The notes under the pieces are model-generated. The model was not told the origin of the DNA. It did no database searches and worked only from the letters and a program-made list of their open reading frames with translations. DNA of 64,000 bases from an uncultured Christensenellaceae bacterium. GTDB taxonomy: Bacteria > Bacillota > Clostridia > Christensenellales > SZUA-584. Below are positions 60,717-64,000 of the stretch, in pieces. The position numbers were made by a program, and so were the translations under genes. Each line of letters opens with the position of its first letter. Position 1 is the first letter of the stretch. Where the stretch lies: positions 28,402 through 92,401 of the forward strand of contig CAZPHS010000005.1 in assembly GCA_964586785.1 (NCBI GenBank). Direction: 5' to 3'.

Positions 60717-62000
60717 TTATGCCAGGCTTTCTTTTTTAGCCTTGGGCAGCGCTTTTTGCTTTGTTTCTTTCTCGCCGAGTATAAGCATCGGTACTTTGGC
60801 GTTTCTTACGGTATCCCGCGTGATAACGCATTTTTTTATGTCAGTGCGGGACGGAATCTCGTACATCACGTCAAGCATAATAGCTTCTATTATAGCCCTT
60901 AAGCCGCGCGCGCCTGTTTTTCTCTCTATCGCAAGCTTAGCAATCTCGGCAAGAGCCTCGTCCTCAAACTCAAGAGCCACCCCGTCCATCTCTAGCAGCT
61001 TTGAAAACTGCTTTATAAGAGCGTTTTTAGGCTGCGTTAATATGCTTACAAGCGCGTCTTCCCCAAGCTGATGCAGTGTAACGATTATGGGAACACGGCC
61101 TACGAATTCGGGAATCAGCCCAAATTTAAGCAAATCTTCCGGCAATATCTGCTTGTAAAGCTCCGCCAAATCTTTTTTCTCGTTGGAAACCACCTTGGCG
61201 CCAAACCCCATTGTTTTGTGCCCTATGCGCCTCTCTATTATTTTTTCGAGCCCGCCGAACGCGCCGCCGCAGATAAATAATATATTAGTTGTATCCAGCT
61301 GTAAAAACTCCTGATGCGGATGCTTGCGGCCGCCCTGCGGAGGAACGCTTGCCACGGTTCCCTCAATTATTTTAAGAAGCGCCTGCTGCACGCCTTCACC
61401 CGAAACGTCGCGCGTTATGGAAGGATTGTCGCTCTTGCGCGCAATCTTATCTATCTCGTCAATATAGATTATACCGCGCTGTGCGCGCTCAATATCGTAA
61501 TCCGCCGCCTGTATAAGCTTTAACAGTATATTTTCCACGTCTTCGCCCACATATCCGGCTTCCGTTAAAGACGTGGCGTCCGCCATGGCGAACGGCACGT
61601 TAAGAACACGCGCAAGCGTTTGCGCCAAAAGCGTTTTGCCGCATCCGGTAGGCCCCAGCATTACTATGTTGCTTTTCTGCAGCTCGACATCGTCCTTTTT
61701 TATATCGGAATTTATGCGCTTGTAGTGATTATAAACCGCTACGGCAAGGTTCCTTTTAGCGTCGTCCTGCCCTATAACATAATCATCAAGACATGCCACG
61801 ATTTCTGCCGGTTTAGGTATATCTCCCATATCGAACGCGGTGGCGTCCTGATAATCTTCTTCTATTATCTCCTTGCATAATTCAATGCACTCGTTACAGA
61901 TATATACACCCGGCCCCGCGACAAGCCTTCTTACCTGTTCCTGCGCCTTACCGCAAAAAGAGCATTTTAACTGTTTTTGATCGTCCGTATAGCTTGGCAT
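60717..62000 (-). CDS. clpX: ATP-dependent Clp protease ATPase ClpX
   Basis: CSFCGK zinc finger, [15 protein letters not shown]. Confidence 0.98.
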   Translation of the reverse strand: MPSYTDDQKQLKCSFCGKAQEQVRRLVAGPGVYICNECIELCKEIIEEDYQDATAFDMGDIPKPAEIVACLDDYVIGQDDAKRNLAVAVYNHYKRINSDIKKDDVELQKSNIVMLGPTGCGKTLLAQTLARVLNVPFAMADATSLTEAGYVGEDVENILLKLIQAADYDIERAQRGIIYIDEIDKIARKSDNPSITRDVSGEGVQQALLKIIEGTVASVPPQGGRKHPHQEFLQLDTTNILFICGGAFGGLEKIIERRIGHKTMGFGAKVVSNEKKDLAELYKQILPEDLLKFGLIPEFVGRVPIIVTLHQLGEDALVSILTQPKNALIKQFSKLLEMDGVALEFEDEALAEIAKLAIERKTGARGLRAIIEAIMLDVMYEIPSRTDIKKCVITRDTVRNAKVPMLILGEKETKQKALPKAKKESLA

Positions 62001-62018
62001 TGATTCACCTCGTTTTTG

Positions 62019-62606
62019 TTATCTTTGCTTCGGCGGAATAATTTCATCTATAAGCCCATACTCCAGCGCCTCCCGGGCGCTTAAAAAATTGTCTCTTTCG
62101 GTATCCGCCGCAATTTTCTCCGCGGGCTGACCGGTTATTTCCGCCAGTATTTCGTTCATTCGCTTTCTTGTTTTTAAAATATGTTCAGCATGTATCGCTA
62201 TATCCGTGGCTTGGCCCCGCGTTCCGCCGGACGGCTGGTGAATAAGCACCTCGCTGTTAGGCAGCGCTTTGCGCTTGCCCTTTGTTCCCGCGGCAAGCAG
62301 GAACGCGCCCATAGACGCCGCAAGCCCTATGCATATGGTGCATACGTCGCACTTTATATACTGCATTGTATCATATATGGCCATGCCGGCGGTCACTGAA
62401 CCGCCCGGGCTGTTAATATACAAAAATATATCTTTGTCCGGGTCCTCCGCCTCTAAAAATATCATCTGCGCCACGGCCAGATTAGCCATATTATCTTCTA
62501 TCTCGCCGCTTATAAACACAATTCTGTCTTTGAGCAGCCTCGAATAAATATCGTAGCTTCTCTCGCCTTTGCTTGTCTGTTCGATTACAAATGGTACTAA
62601 CGTCAT
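62019..62606 (-). CDS. clpP: Clp protease proteolytic subunit
   Basis: [27 protein letters not shown]. Confidence 0.98.
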   Translation of the reverse strand: MTLVPFVIEQTSKGERSYDIYSRLLKDRIVFISGEIEDNMANLAVAQMIFLEAEDPDKDIFLYINSPGGSVTAGMAIYDTMQYIKCDVCTICIGLAASMGAFLLAAGTKGKRKALPNSEVLIHQPSGGTRGQATDIAIHAEHILKTRKRMNEILAEITGQPAEKIAADTERDNFLSAREALEYGLIDEIIPPKQR

Positions 62607-62636
62607 AAATACCTCCGACTTAATAACTATAGTATT

Positions 62637-63974
62637 CTATTCGCCCGATGTGTTTTCCTTCTCGGGCTTACCCTTTTTGTCCTTTTTCTTCGGAGCCTGA
62701 AGGGCGGCGTTTTCAACCAGAAAACTTACCGTATTATCATACGCCAGATTTTCCTTGATATACTCCAGCGCATCCTCGCTTAAATCCTTTTTGTATTCAT
62801 TTACATCTTTCTTTGCCTGCTCCGCGCGCTTTTCAAGCGATTGCCGCACCTGTTCCTCCGTCGCTTCCAAGCCCTCCGCCTTCATTACCGCTTCAATAGT
62901 CAGCTGTGTGCGGACAGCTTCTTCCGCTCCCTGTTTGTACCGCTCGCGTACATCCTCTATTTTTGTGTCCGTCATCTTAAGATAATCGCTAAGCTTTATG
63001 CCCTGATACATCATGCTGTACTCAAGCTGCCTTATCTGGTTATCTATCTGGTTCTCTATCATGCATTCCGGCACGTCTATGTCTGTATTCTTAACGACGG
63101 CGGCAAGCACGTTATTTTCAGTAGCCGTTTTTGCCTGTTTTTCCGCCTGCGCGACAAGCTTTTCTTTAACGTCGGCGCGGTATTGCTCCATAGTATCAAA
63201 TTCGGACACGTCCTGCGCGAACTCATCGTCAAGCTCGGGAATTTCTTTTTGTTTTACGTCGTGCAGCGTCACATGAAACACGGCATTTTTGCCCGCAAGC
63301 CGCTCCGCTCGGTAATCGTCCGGAAACTTGACTCTTACGTCTTTTTCCTCTCCCTTTTTCATACCGACAAGCTGTTCTTCAAAACCCGGTATAAAAGTGT
63401 CCGAACCAATTTCAATCGCCTGGTTCTCGGCGGCGCCGCCTTCAAACGGTTCGCCGTCAACGCTTCCCGCGTAGTCTATTATTACCTTGTCTTTATATTG
63501 AGCGGCGCGGTCCGCCTCAACCCATCTGGCATTGCGGTCGGCAATACGCGCTATTTCTTCATCAACCTGCTTTTCTGTTATATCGGCAGTTACCAGCTCG
63601 GCCTTTACACCCTTGTATTCTCCAAGTTTTACTTCCGGCTTTATATAAACCTGCGCCGTATACACAATACCCTGTTGCTTGCCCATATCGGAAACATCAA
63701 GCTTAGGGTTTGAAACAGGCTCTAAATCGCACTCTTTAACCGCTTTCTGATAACTGTCCGGAAACACGATATCAAAAGCGTCCTCAAAAAAAACGCCTTC
63801 ACCGTAATGGCTTTCTATAACGGGTTTCGGCGCTTTACCCTTTCTGAAACCCTGTATGCTGAATCTGCCCCTGTTTTTCAAATATGCCCGCTGCAGCGCC
63901 TCCGCGAAATCTTCCGCGGAAACTTCAATCGTCAGCTTAATCTTGTTTGCGCCAAGCGTCTCAACCTTCGCCAA
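62637..63974 (-). CDS. tig: Trigger factor
   Basis: GFRKGKAP, FIPGFEEQL, FPDDY; TTG start with GGAGG RBS. Confidence 0.97.
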   Translation of the reverse strand: MAKVETLGANKIKLTIEVSAEDFAEALQRAYLKNRGRFSIQGFRKGKAPKPVIESHYGEGVFFEDAFDIVFPDSYQKAVKECDLEPVSNPKLDVSDMGKQQGIVYTAQVYIKPEVKLGEYKGVKAELVTADITEKQVDEEIARIADRNARWVEADRAAQYKDKVIIDYAGSVDGEPFEGGAAENQAIEIGSDTFIPGFEEQLVGMKKGEEKDVRVKFPDDYRAERLAGKNAVFHVTLHDVKQKEIPELDDEFAQDVSEFDTMEQYRADVKEKLVAQAEKQAKTATENNVLAAVVKNTDIDVPECMIENQIDNQIRQLEYSMMYQGIKLSDYLKMTDTKIEDVRERYKQGAEEAVRTQLTIEAVMKAEGLEATEEQVRQSLEKRAEQAKKDVNEYKKDLSEDALEYIKENLAYDNTVSFLVENAALQAPKKKDKKGKPEKENTSGE

Positions 63975-64000
63975 TTTTATTGCCCCTCCTAAGAGAATAT

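Noticed and set aside
62841-63713. 290-aa plus-strand ORF
   Set aside because: Antisense shadow of tig

Overview
Chromosomal window of a clostridial, probably spore-forming Firmicute (inferred from gene content and sigma-F-like promoters). The left ~30 kb is accessory: an AraC/YesN regulator end, a XylF-like lipoprotein and a monosaccharide ABC operon; a TetR/MMPL module; a membrane HTH protein; a multi-TM LuxR regulator with an LRR-FN3 surface protein; and a near-complete beta-mannan locus (CE7, CBM35-GH26, LacI, ABC, two GH130, 2-epimerase, PMI, PGM). This block ends at a small DUF3781-GNAT islet and tRNA-Arg(CCG). The islet is bracketed by two sequence-divergent but architecturally matching structured elements, each starting right after a CCA; this is the best candidate for an undescribed system. 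The right ~34 kb is mostly core: sporulation-type genes, a GT4-acyltransferase fusion, a SufC/SufB pair, a triple-repeat propeller lipoprotein, a c-di-GMP-I riboswitch controlling an orphan, DUF134/DUF5320/Mrp with palindromic operators, dacF, surE, L20 leader-infC-rpmI-rplT, ruvCAB-queA-tgt and tig-clpP-clpX. I saw no CRISPR array, integrase or transposase. All family assignments come from motif recognition by eye, not from database searches.
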